In this document: in pieces, positions 28,501-43,650 of the stretch
Layout of the letters: each line of letters starts with the position of its first letter
Numbering within the stretch: the stretch's first letter is position 1
Assembly (NCBI RefSeq): GCF_009914755.1
Contig: NC_060928.1
Length of the DNA: 64,000 nucleotides
Strand: one strand, 5' to 3'
Source of the DNA: the human T2T-CHM13v2.0 reference genome, Homo sapiens
The notes under the pieces: generated by a model
What the model was told of the DNA's origin: nothing
The model's input: only the letters and a program-made list of their open reading frames with translations
Database searches by the model: none
Position numbers and translations under genes: made by a program

Positions 28501-31497
28501 TCCTAGTCTCCTACAGCCAAAGCTGCCTCTTTTTTTCGTTGATTATAGTGGTGTCTCTTCTTCAGGGATGATGTCTGCTTAAGGAAAGGTGAGGTTCTAG
28601 AGTCATCTTTCAAGATAAAAATAATCTTACACACACAAAAAATGTCTGAAGAGACTTTTAGTCAGCCTATAAGCTGTACTGTATATTAAATATACTTTAT
28701 ATTAAGTACAATATACAGTATATCCTTGTGTGCATAGATTCCTTTATAGTAATATGTGTGTATAAATGTATAAAGTATATGATGAAGGGGTCTCTTGTCA
28801 ACAATAATTGTACAGTATTTTAAATAATGAGATAGATCAACATTAACATTGATATGAAAAACAAAGAAAATAAACCTGTACCCTCTCCTTTCATTTATGT
28901 ATTCTTGTTGGTTTTAATAAATTAAAGATACGCTGAAATGACAAATAGGTTAGTGCTATTGAGCTAAGGATGAACAATGACCATTGAACTTTGGCTGTAT
29001 ATTGCTGTTTGAAATGATGGAACTGGTCATTTGATCACATTCAGCTTGATCATCTACATCTGCTAGTGACCCAGTCCCTGAGAGTCACCAAGAATTGATT
29101 CCACTGAGGCGATGGCAGGCGGGGCTTTGGTGTTGGAAAAGTCAGTGGTTGATATGGACAGCACAGACTCACATAAGCTGCTGGTTTATTACACTAGAAA
29201 AATAAGGTGAGTGACACTGTGGCTGTTATCTTTTGTGCTGATCAAAACTTTCTGGTATACTCCATGTAATTTTGAGACCTGTTTCATAAAATGTTCATGT
29301 TCAGAAATTAAAGCCATCAGGGTTTTGGCTGTTTGGAACAGTTCAGCCAATTTATGAAGACTCCAACCTGCTGGCTCTTTCTGTCCATTGCTGTTTTCTT
29401 TTTATCTCTATACAGTTTTGTTGCTCCCTTTACTTATTGATTCATCAGCCTTCCTCTGTAAAGCCCTCCTAATTCAGCAAGGCCTTCATTAGGGCTGTCC
29501 ATGAAGAGATGGTCACCCACTTGTCTGGCCACCCGAATGTGTATTCACCAATTCACTCCTAATTAGAAACCCAAAAATCATTTACGTATTTTCTCGTAAG
29601 ATATGGCAAAATGTTCTAGAAACAGTTGCATGGCTACAAGTCATAAACGCCTACCTGTTAAATCTTCATCAAAATATCTTTATTCACTTTGCTCAACCCC
29701 TCTGTAGTAACTGGGGTCCTTGTTGCCATGATTTTGTGACAATGGCTCTTGATTTTGGTGACAGATGATGCTAGGTTTATTATGGCCATAGTAAAGACCA
29801 AATTCAAAACACTCTTTTCTTTTTTTCCTTTTTTTTTTTCTATACTAGAATATCATTGTTTTGGCTGCACACAAGATGAAGTAAGTGGCTTTCATTTAGA
29901 GGCCATGTTTTACCAAAAAATATGTTTCTTAAAATACTAGATTCCCCTCAGCATAATGAGATACTCACTTTTGGGGAGGGTGTCAGAAATTGCTGGAGCA
30001 ACAGATTAATGATCCCCATTTCAGTTTCACATCAGGCATGGGCTCATTGAACACAATGGCTGGTGGGTGAAGTCACCCATACTGTTAAATTATCCTCTCT
30101 CTCTGACTGAACACATATGCTTAAATTAGGATAAAAGTTAGGACTATTCTCAATTGTCTTTTAAAGCTTGAGAGGGGAGTGGGCTCTCACTATGAAGAAA
30201 AATATATTTCTTAAGACGGATGATCTTTTTAAATGCTTAAACACCAAGTATATATATTTTCGAACATAGCAAATTGCAATTAATTAATGAATCCACTGAA
30301 TTTTACCTTCTAGTTGAATTTGCAAGGTCATATGAGTAAACACTGATGTGAATTTTAAGTCTTGGTGACATGTAACAGGAAAGACAAGGTCTAAATTTTA
30401 AGAAAAGACTGAAAAGCCACTTACTTCTTGCAAATGGAAGAAAACTCTGTGCTATTTGAATTATTGTTTAAGAAAATCCTATGCAGTTTAAGAAAAACAG
30501 GATAAGAACTAACACAAAATGCTGCTTTTCTTTAGACAGATCATTAAGTCTCTCCACCTAAACTCTTGAAAAATCTGTAACGATTTTGTCTGCTTGTCAA
30601 ATTGCTCCTCCAGTAATTTCACAGTTACAACCCACGCACATATCGACAGAGCATTTCGATTCAAATGTAACTTTCTAACAACAAACTTATATAGAAAAGG
30701 TGTCATAGGCGTAATTGAGAGGAACAGAAGATCAAGAGTGAAGAAAATTACATCTTCTTTTCTCAATTAAGAAAAAAACCTAAATCATAAATATTGTATT
30801 CATATACATTTACAAACTGATAGACCACTAAACGTTTTTTCTGATTTAAAACTGCTTTCCACCACTGCTGCTGGTGCATATATTAATGAGGAAAAACCCA
30901 CTGTGACAGAAATCTTCCCCTCACGGCATAGCCACCTCCACCCCCATAAAAGAAAGCTTTTCAGTGTTACCTGAGAAAAAAACATCACAACTAATTACAT
31001 CATTTTTCTTGGTTCCCGCATCTACCAAGGCTTGCTCAGACACATTCAACCTGTTACCACAATCCATGATTTAACTCAAGGTTTTATTTAGTGTAATGAA
31101 TATCATTCCTCTATTTAAAATGCTGTTTATCTTTCCTTAAGCAAATTGATCGGCCAATAAGTATCATTATTAGGTATTACAAAAAAGATGTTGTCATAAG
31201 GTAATTTATTCTAAGTTAAAATAGTCCACTGAGATGTCTTGTAAGAACAGAAATTACCATTAAAATGTCCCATTTACAATCACTGATGAAAACTTGGGCT
31301 ATTTGTGCATATAATAAAGGGAGCTGAGGTTTTTTAATTTAAAAATAGATCACATGCTATTAATGTAGATTTTTGTGTTTCTATTACAGATTATCATGAA
31401 TAAGGGTACTAAGGACTAAAATTGGGAAATCAACTTATCTATTATCTCTTGCTTATATAAAACCTTCATGTATTTAATATCGATGGTCCTTTATTAC

Positions 31498-31515
31498 GTG
31501 TGTGTGTGTGTGTGT
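31498..31515 (+). repeat. (GT)n microsatellite
   Basis: Direct. Confidence 0.85.
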
Positions 31516-32634
31516 ATGCACCATATATGCCTCAAAGTATGTGTGTGTACATTAAGAGAAGAAACCCAGCATAGCTAAATGGCTAAAAATATGGTAACTA
31601 TACTGTGCTTCCACCCTATATATTTTATCACATAAAATACAGTTTTTTACGATAAGTGCCTTTATATACATTTGAAATTAACTTTGACAGCTGAATCTTT
31701 TTCAACACTACTCTTGAATATTACCTTTATGTAGTATTACCTGTGTTACTGCTTCAGTACTAAGAAAATGAGACCATTTTCTCTGACATTACATAAGCCC
31801 GACAGCAGACGAGAGAAACGCTGCCTATCTGGGGTGAAAGCTAGCTCCCTCTGAAGCTACCATTTGACACGTTAAAACAATTCTCGAGTTGATTGAATCA
31901 TTCCAAATTACCAATATTTGACCATTTCAACCTTCAAAAATGGAAATTTCACTTTAACTCATACAGCCAGATATACCTAGACAAGCTTTAAAAACACATA
32001 AAAAAATTTCCTTTAACATTATTACTCAGAAGTTGATTACAGTCAACTATATAGAAAGGAAAATCTTAACGCTTCCATACACCCTGAAAATTTATGAACT
32101 TTTGCTCCATCTGCTTAAACCTATATTGCATCCTCGTTTTTAGTTTTTATTTTTTAAAGATTGTTTTAAAAAGGTGCACCAATCAAAAGATAATTAATGG
32201 TCTTGGTCTTTGTTCTATCAGATGTCCATGCAAAGATATGGATAATGGTTCCATCACCAAATTTTTAACTAACTCCAAATATTGTATTTGTGGCTCACAC
32301 TAGGGATCCCTTGACCCAGCTCGGCAAGTGTGAAATCACGAAATAAATGAAGGTTAACAAAGACTGGTCTAAGGAATAGTTCACTACAATACCGCAATGC
32401 TCTTCTCACTAATACTCGACTCTGCATTTCGGTACTTATATCTGAAAGATTTGCAAATAATGACAACATTCGTGCCAGACATTACTGCAAGTGAGGAACA
32501 GACTAAAGGAGAGGAAGGAACAAAATGCCTTCCAAGAGAGAAACATTCATTAGCCTTACTGGCAAGTGTCTAAAGCAAACAAGGAAACTGCAAAATAATT
32601 ACTTAGTTACAAATAAACGCTTTTAGCACAGTAC

Positions 32635-32671
32635 CTTTTTGTGTCTGTCCCTCTTCCATATTCTCTTCCAT
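32635..32671 (-). CDS. GPM6A: GPM6A first coding exon segment, MEENMEEGQTQK + first base of Gly codon (phase-1 intron)
   Basis: Minus strand reads GCC ATG GAA GAG AAT ATG GAA GAG GGA CAG ACA CAA AAA G|gtactg. The peptide matches the N-terminus of human M6a as I recall it (MEENMEEGQTQKGCFECC). Strong Kozak GCCATGG, in-frame TGA 15 nt upstream, GT donor at 32634-32633. Confidence 0.96.
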
Positions 32672-32693
32672 GGCTACCTTTCTTCAGTAGAAT
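32635..32693 (-). other. GPM6A: 59-nt internal form of the same GPM6A exon (22 nt 5'UTR + 37 nt CDS), used when transcripts start at a far upstream promoter
   Basis: Minus strand CTAAT (branch-like) ...ttttgattaattccgtgtaccag|ATTCTACTGAAGAAAGGTAGCCATG, with AG at 32695-32694. Consistent with GPM6A variants that have an upstream non-coding exon. Confidence 0.8.
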
Positions 32694-32743
32694 CTGGTAC
32701 ACGGAATTAATCAAAAGCTCAATTAGATGTTGGAAAAACTGGT

Positions 32744-32744
<1 letters not shown>

Positions 32745-32786
<42 letters not shown>
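32745..32786 (-). repeat. Homopolymer T42 (A42 on the GPM6A sense strand)
   Basis: Counted directly; no adjacent Alu or L1 body. Confidence 0.97.
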
Positions 32787-33350
32787 CCTGGGAAGCTCCA
32801 ACAGCAGTGGCTTGGGCAAGTCCTCAGAGCTTAGCTCAGGCTCCCTCGTTCCTCTTGTTTGCTTGGAGACAGGCTGTCAAGTGTAATTTCATTCAAATTA
32901 CTCTTCCGTGAAGATTATCAATTTTTCTTCTCAAAGCTGCCCATTGTGTACCACTGTAAGCAGGTATTCAAACAAATAGCCTGAGAATTTTGGGGGGAAA
33001 TTTGGTCTGAATCCCAGGAGCAGAGACACTATGATTCACAAGTCTTGCTTTGCATTTAAAATGGGGAAAAGAAATTGAGGTTTGTATTGAAATCTGGGCT
33101 TTAAATTGGAAACAGGCTGAGCTGTGAACAGATGGAGGGGTGTCCTCCTAACATGAAGCCGACCACCAACCCGTAATTCCCCCCTTCATTCCAGAGTGGG
33201 AAAGCCCAGATTCCCGTCGGTTCTTTATGCTGCAGCAGTGGCTTCTCACCCAGTCAGATACGTTGCAAAAAAACTGTGTTTTCCTTTTCTCTCCTCACTA
33301 AGTATTTAGTTAATTTGATTTAAGGTGCCAAGAAAGGATGCAGTTATACC
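32787..33350 (-). promoter_or_regulatory. GPM6A: Probable proximal, non-CpG-island promoter / 5'UTR region of the GPM6A first coding exon
   Basis: Repeat-free unique sequence immediately upstream of the coding exon. Contains TGACAG (MEIS-type, about 32874), TAATTTGAAT homeo/POU-like, CATTGT (SOX-type, about 32942) and forkhead-like TGTTTG words. The TSS cannot be determined from sequence. Confidence 0.55.
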
Positions 33351-33951
33351 ATCTCAGGGTTTATCTGCAAAAGTTTATTACTAAGACAGGACTTGTAATC
33401 CCACACCTTTGAGATTTAAAAAGAAATAGAAGCGTGGCTGTCAAAGGAGTGAGTATAAAGCTCTAAGCCTGAGAGATACATGTTTTAAGTAATTATTTTA
33501 CTTAGTGCCATATGACTCTTAAGTAAAAGGGAGAAAACCACTGGAAGGAAAAACCCTATTGATGTCTTTGTTATTTATTGTTATGATTATAGCCCACGAA
33601 AGCTGCTGGTTTCCAATGAGAATCTCTTGAAAGGGAATTTCTTTAAAGGTCAGTGTTAGGGAATGAGAAGAGTGATGTAAGGGAGGAACAAATTTTAGAT
33701 AAGAAACAAGAGGATAGCAATTTATAATGGGAATCTGCAAGCTGATTTGGAATGCAAATCACAATGCTGCAGTCTGGCGATAATTAGCATTTGTACTTCA
33801 GCCTACTGAGTGACAGGGCACAGTCCAAGAGTCTCAATACTTCACAAAAGGTATAGCAAGAAAATAAACAGTATCTCTTTCAAGGAGCATAAACCTTTCC
33901 TAGAGTAGAAAGAAAGGATCCTTGCCTCTGTCTTCATCTCCAAATCAGCCA

Positions 33952-34057
33952 GCACACACACACACAGGGACAGAAACACACACAGAGGGACAGAAAGACA
34001 CACACAAGCACACACACGGAGAGGCACACACACACACAAGGACACACACACAGACAT
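33952..34057 (+). repeat. Compound CA/GA-rich repeat (UG-rich on the GPM6A sense strand)
   Basis: Direct. Confidence 0.9.
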
Positions 34058-35239
34058 AACTGTAACTCTCTGCCTTTAATGAAAAATAGCTCACATCCTC
34101 ATTATCCATAGCATACGTTTCTTGCATTATAGCTTGTATTTCACATGCATTCTTTAAAGCAGGCCAGTAGCATGCTGCACATCACCCTCTAAATATTACA
34201 AAAGCAGCTATTTAGAGGAAACACAATTACTGCATTCCACTTTATTTCTCATAAATGAATGTTTAGTCCTCTTACTTGTATAATCATTTGTTATTATTTT
34301 CTCTTTTCAAATGAATTTTGTCCAAAAATAACTGGAGTTCAAATAACTCAAAACCTATCTCTTTGGAATATATATCAATGTGTATTCAAGGGTTTTTGAG
34401 AGAGCTGCTTGCTCAGTGCACAGATTGAGAGAGAGAAACCATAAGGGAAATCAAAAAGCCAAATTGTAGCAGCCTCTCTGCTTCAACTCATCCCTAGGCT
34501 GACATAACCTGGCATATAATCAACACAGAACGGAGCAACGCTCCTCATTTAGATCCTTCATTCGTTTTATACCATGGAAATCATTAGTGAAAGCAATTGT
34601 TTATTGTAGTGCCAGTAGATACAATAATGCCACCTTAAATTTTTAGAACACTTTACAATCTATAAAACATGATTACATACATTAACCCGTTGTAAGTCAA
34701 ATGGGAAAAGCATAATTTTCCCCACTTTATGATGAAAACAAAAAACAAAAAACACGGATGCTCAGGGACACCTAGAGACTGGGCTAATAAATCACCAAGT
34801 AAGTCTTAGAACCCATGTCTGTTGATTTCTTGCCTAATGTTCTGATCTTAGAAGCTAATTTTCCTTCCTACTCTGTTCCTTTATGAGTATCTTCAGCATC
34901 TTCAGAAATCAGCCTCAGTTCATAGCTTTCTTTTTCACCACACATATAAAGCAAAAGAGGGAAATGAGAGGGAAAGGAAATTTTAAAAATATTCATGATT
35001 TCTTTTTCTTCTGGAAATTTTGCAGCAGAATACACTCATATAACCATTCACTTTTTGTCTAAAACAGGCTTTTTCATGTGACAATTGTTACCAACATAAG
35101 TCAACATCAACTTGTACCAATTTTTAAAATATACAAAAAAGTCCTCAGAGCCAGTCCAAATGGACTCGTCAAATGAATTAAGAGAGATGCATACACATAC
35201 ATAGCCTCCTCACAGCAATCACCTGTCAGTAGGCTTTCA

Positions 35240-35773
<534 letters not shown>

Positions 35774-36042
35774 TAATGGTGGTTTTAAGATTATTTTTTA
35801 AAATTTGGATCTCATTGGAAGTAAAAATATTTTGAACCTCCAGTATCTTAAACTAGTTAGAAAAGAAAATCGTTTCACATTATAGTAGATTTGCTTTATT
35901 AATTATAAAATATACTATATAAAGCTTAATAACTAGCAATGATGTGTCCTTATGGGGACTGAAATGCCTCATCTAATACTCTTTCCATTGTATCGTATTG
36001 TATTTGCCCCACTCTACTCTTAGTCATTTATTTAAAATATAT

Positions 36043-36660
<618 letters not shown>

Positions 36661-37289
36661 ATAAGTTAACTAGGTGGTTAAAAATATGATTATATTTTTA
36701 TCAAGTCAGATTTCCCTTTCAAATACTGTCTAAGAAATGTTTATAATGTATATTACTTTTTTCTTATGTGAGCTCACTCAATCCAAAACCATTATAATTC
36801 TCTTTCATTTTTCTTAATCTTAATTTGGAGCTTCCTTTAACACTTCATCTTGTCTTTATGGATAAACACATTATTATATACAATAAGTAAATATCGACAT
36901 ATTCCTCTATTATGTAATGCAGTCATCTTTGTGATACAATGTTCATAATATAGACAAGTAAGGAGAGTTAACAGATTAAAGAAGTTGTGGTTCCAAATAT
37001 CGCATTAACTATAAAAAGTGAGGGGGAAAAATGTTCGTAGTCCCTGGGTCAGAGAACAGAGAGGAGATGTGGAAAAGAAGATCATGAAAACCTAGCCCAG
37101 TGCATAGGACTAACAGGCAGGAACACGGTTTAGAAACTGCCTTTTATTCTACGTCAAATGTTTCAGACACAGAATTAACATTATCTCTAGAATGAAATGT
37201 CTTAGTTGGGATCTTCTTATATTTTGACAGAGAAAAAGGACCCCTTTGTCTGCTGCTTTAAGCTCCAAGTCAGAAACTGACTTTCATAA

Positions 37290-37605
<316 letters not shown>

Positions 37606-38689
37606 AACATTTTCTTAAAGAAAGTCAAAACCACCACAAACACTGCAATGTTTTCAGTCCATTATAAAATGACCATAACATTCTTCAGAGTTACATAATC
37701 ATAGAAAGCAGTCAATTCACAGAATGATCGTGGTGTTCACAGTAGTATCATTACCCCATTTCCTTTCATTCTGAATTGTAAAAGTGTTTACTAAGCATTC
37801 TTACAGGAAATTGATGTAGGCAAAAGAGATACTAAGGAGACAAATTCCTGCCCTAATTAGGCCTATAGCCTAGCAGCGTAGGACAGACCAAATATCACAA
37901 CGCTGAATGACAAGTGCTACCAAATAAAAATAAAGATGCATTGGATGGCACATGAGCCTACCTCAAGGATATCTAACCTATATTTAGTTTTGATAGTTGG
38001 AAAAGTTTTCCTGGTTTCCTAGAAGGTACAGTTTGATCTGACCTGATCAAAGCAGGTGACCTTTCACCCAAAGGAGATGAAATTAGATGGGGAAAAAAGG
38101 GGGAGGCAGATTGTTGGGGAGAAAGAAAAGATATTCTGAACAGTTGAAAGAGAATACATGAAGGCCTATGGAGGGGGAGACATACTCTGCTGAGAACATG
38201 TAATAGACTAACATCTGGCTGCATGGGCAGAAACTCTCTTTTACTATTTATTAGACATTGTACCCCCCAAGGTATTCAGTAGTCTCGTGCTGGAATATCC
38301 AATTCTGAGTCTTGCTCCTTAGCTTTTTTAGAGTACTGAAGAAGAAGACGCTCCTAAGACCTAGCTTGTACTCCATAAGTTTGGAGCCTAAAGGTAGACA
38401 ATGGCAAACCCGTTAATATTTACCCCCAAGAAATTACCTTTCGGGTATCTTAGGCTCTTTCTTACCAAGACCTTTCCTCTCCAATCTATTAATATTGTAT
38501 TTTCACATAATTACCAGGGCTGTAGTCATGAGTATGTCATAGGCCTGTTTACAACTGGTGAATGCTTTTCCAGTGTTCTTAGGATAGAACTGGCTGGAAA
38601 GATTGGACATGACCTGGCAGGAGCTCACCTCTTCGGCATAACGTCCCCCTGCTGTTCATTCATTCATCTCCTTCTAATTTCTTAAAATT

Positions 38690-39100
38690 GTCCATTTGTG
38701 AATGTTGTTTCTTCTTCCTAAAACACTTTTCCTTCCACCCTCAGATAGCTAGATCTACTCAGATCTCAGCTGGAAAGTGTTATCCTCAGGCAAAACTTTT
38801 TCAAGAGCATAGGCCTCTTTTAGTATTCATATCACATGCCATTACAGAGCTATTCCTCAAAGTCTGCAATATACATATAGATATAGTCTGCAATATATAT
38901 ATAGAGAGAGAGTCAGTTCTATATATATGTATCTTCCCCCCTGGCCTGCGGCCTATAAGCTCCATGAGATAATGGCCTCTATCTTTCCCCCTCACACAAG
39001 ACAAGCACATGGTAAGCTTTCAATAGATACTTGTTGAATGCATGCATGCACGCATGAATGACTGAATAAACGAATAATGATGTACAAATAAATGAATGAA
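38690..39100 (+). mobile_element. L2 3' end
   Basis: tataagctccatgag...caatagatacttgttgaatg followed by an (ATGA)-like tail. Confidence 0.7.
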
Positions 39101-39929
39101 CAAACTCAGTGGCTTACACATACCTTATCTTATGTTTATCTGCTTCCACAAAATATTTTAGAGGGTGAACATAATTTACAATAACTTGGGGAGATACATA
39201 TCATGTTCATATGTAACAAATGTCATTCCCCAGCAGTTGAAGGCAAAACGATAATGAGATATTTCAAAGAGCAACCAGCAAAACAAAAAGGGAGCTGGGA
39301 AATATTAATTGTGTTTCATCTTTCCTCTAGGAAGGGAAAGCTGTATTGTCATAAATGCTGATTACAGTAAGGGGAGACAGAAAAATTCAAGGGTGACACT
39401 CTTTGGGCCAAACTTACCCTTTTATAGAAAGATCAGTTCTAAGTACTTATGCATTCCTATAACCATAAAGGTGATCCAAATTTTAAAACTTCTAAATAGT
39501 TTTGTTTTCTCCAAAATGCCAGAAAGCAAGAGTAATCCAAATCTCTTTCTGGTAATTATGTTTCCCATAAAACATGGCAGAAAGCATGAGGGGTTAAAAA
39601 CTATGCAATGGGTAAGCAGCAGTGGCCTCTGTTTACTCAAAATCCAAACACTACTACTAATTGAGAAAGAGATCACAAAAATTGGCCCAAGCTGATTCTC
39701 TGTGGTCACAAAAATTCTACTTTAAATTGAGCTCACCAAAGAATAAACTTTATAGCTCACTCTGTCACTCAAGTTGCATTTACTCAATGACTACTAGGTA
39801 TCTGAAGCTGAGCCAGGTGAACAGGACAGATGTAGTTTCCTGCTCTAACAGAGCTAATAGCAAAGATGGAAGAGAGAGACAAACAATTGGAACAAAGTAT
39901 GATAGGTGCAATTATATTAATATTAATGA

Positions 39930-40170
39930 CAATTATACTCAGCACTTCACATGTGTGAGGCATTGTTCTAAGTTTCTAAAAAGTGTATATCCCATTTAAC
40001 CTTCACCACAACAGCCCTGTCAGGTAATTACTATTGTCCCCATTTTGATAGAGGAGGAAATCGAAACAAAAAGATTAAATTCTTTGTAGCAAGTAACAGG
40101 GTGGGGAAGATGGGATTTAAACATAGGCATTCTGACCCCAAAGCCCATTCTTTGAACCACCTGGATATCC
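39930..40170 (-). mobile_element. MIR
   Basis: ccccattttgatagaggaggaaatcgaaac and gggatttaaacataggcattctgac. Confidence 0.75.
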
Positions 40171-40649
40171 GCCTACACTTATGTAAGTAGTAGACCCAAA
40201 GGCATTTAATGTAGGAAAAGGCCCTGATTGTAAAGTCTTCTCACAACATGAATATTTGTATTCATCCAAAAACAAAAACATTTAACTGCTTCCCATATGC
40301 CCAACATGTTGCCAGATGCTGTGAGAGACACACAAAAAAGTTGAAGAAATGATTCTCATACTCAAAGAACTTACGATTGAAGTTAAAAATATTAATACTC
40401 AGTTTAAACAGCAATAAATCAACAAAAGTGTGATTTCAGAGTAAAACTACTATAGGGAGTTGAAGTAGAGAACGTTCTTTAAGATTTCTAATATGCTTGA
40501 TAGCTTTCGTCAACAAATGCAATTATCATCTAAGCGGTTTAGCAGAAATATGGAGACTTTTACTCAGTGGACGTATCTCTGATCTTCAAACTCTATTCAG
40601 TGCCACAATTTAGCCATTAGGACTTTATGCACAGTTATTATTCCTTCTT

Positions 40650-42750
<2,101 letters not shown>

Positions 42751-43100
42751 AATTGGAAATCTTATCCTTTTCTATCTATTTTTCTCTAAACATACATAAT
42801 GCCTTTTTAAAAAGCTGTCCACTTTAGGAGAATCGTTTATTAAAATTTTTGGTATATCCAAAAATGGGAATACTGTATAGCAGTTAATGATTACATAAGT
42901 TGTCTGTATTAACAATGAAAAGCTGTTCACAATAAAGTGATAGAAGTATATAACAACAGTATAAATAGTATCCTTTTGTATTTTAAAATGTTCATAAACA
43001 TATGCATTGAAACAAACCTATACAGATCTATTGGAAAATGTTAAGAGTGCTTATTTCTAGAAAGTGGTATTTGAGATAATTTATTTAATTCTTTTCATGC

Positions 43101-43342
43101 TTTTTTTTTTTGTTTTTTTGAAAACATTGTACTTTAAGTTCTGGGATACATGTGCAGAACTGCAGGTTTGTTACATAGGTATACATGTGCCATGGTGATA
43201 TGCTGCACCTATCAACTCGTCATCTAGGCTTTAAGACCTGCATGCATTAGGTATTTGTCCTAGTGTTCTCCCTCCCCTTGCCCCCAGCCTCTGGCAGGCC
43301 CCGGTGTGTGATGTTCCCCTCCCTGTGTCCATGTGTTCTCAT
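43101..43342 (-). mobile_element. Short 5'-truncated L1PA 3' end
   Basis: actttaagttctgggatacatgtgcagaac...ccggtgtgtgatgttcccctccctgtgtccatgtgttctcat; TSD tcttttcatgc / tctttacatgc. Confidence 0.92.
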
Positions 43343-43429
43343 CTCTTTACATGCTTTTTGATACTTTTTATATAGGTACAATATTATTTTAATTATCAGA
43401 AAACTTAATAATTTTACAAAACTGACAAT

Positions 43430-43650
43430 AATAAGTTGGTTACCACTAACTGCAGCTAAAATGTTATAGACATTGGGCTGGCGATTTTTATAATTTTTTT
43501 TCTAACATTCGTAACACCTCTGCAAGATAGCTTTCTTTCATGTGAGAAAATTGAGGCTTTCAAAGGTTAAGCAACTTTCTCAAGGCTACGCAGCTGGTGA
43601 ATGAGGAACTGAGATTTGAATTTTGGTTTCCCTAATACTAAACTTATATC
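43430..43650 (-). mobile_element. MIR
   Basis: tgagaaaattgaggctttcaaaggttaagcaactttctcaagg. Confidence 0.75.

Noticed and set aside
30068-30084. AGTATGG|gtgact as the MG-starting GPM6A isoform exon
   Set aside because: The phase fits, but the donor is weak and four coding bases are too little evidence
32607-32886. Poly-Lys and poly-Phe ORFs over the GPM6A exon
   Set aside because: Artefacts of the T42 tract; the true reading frame is the 37-nt MEENMEEGQTQK segment
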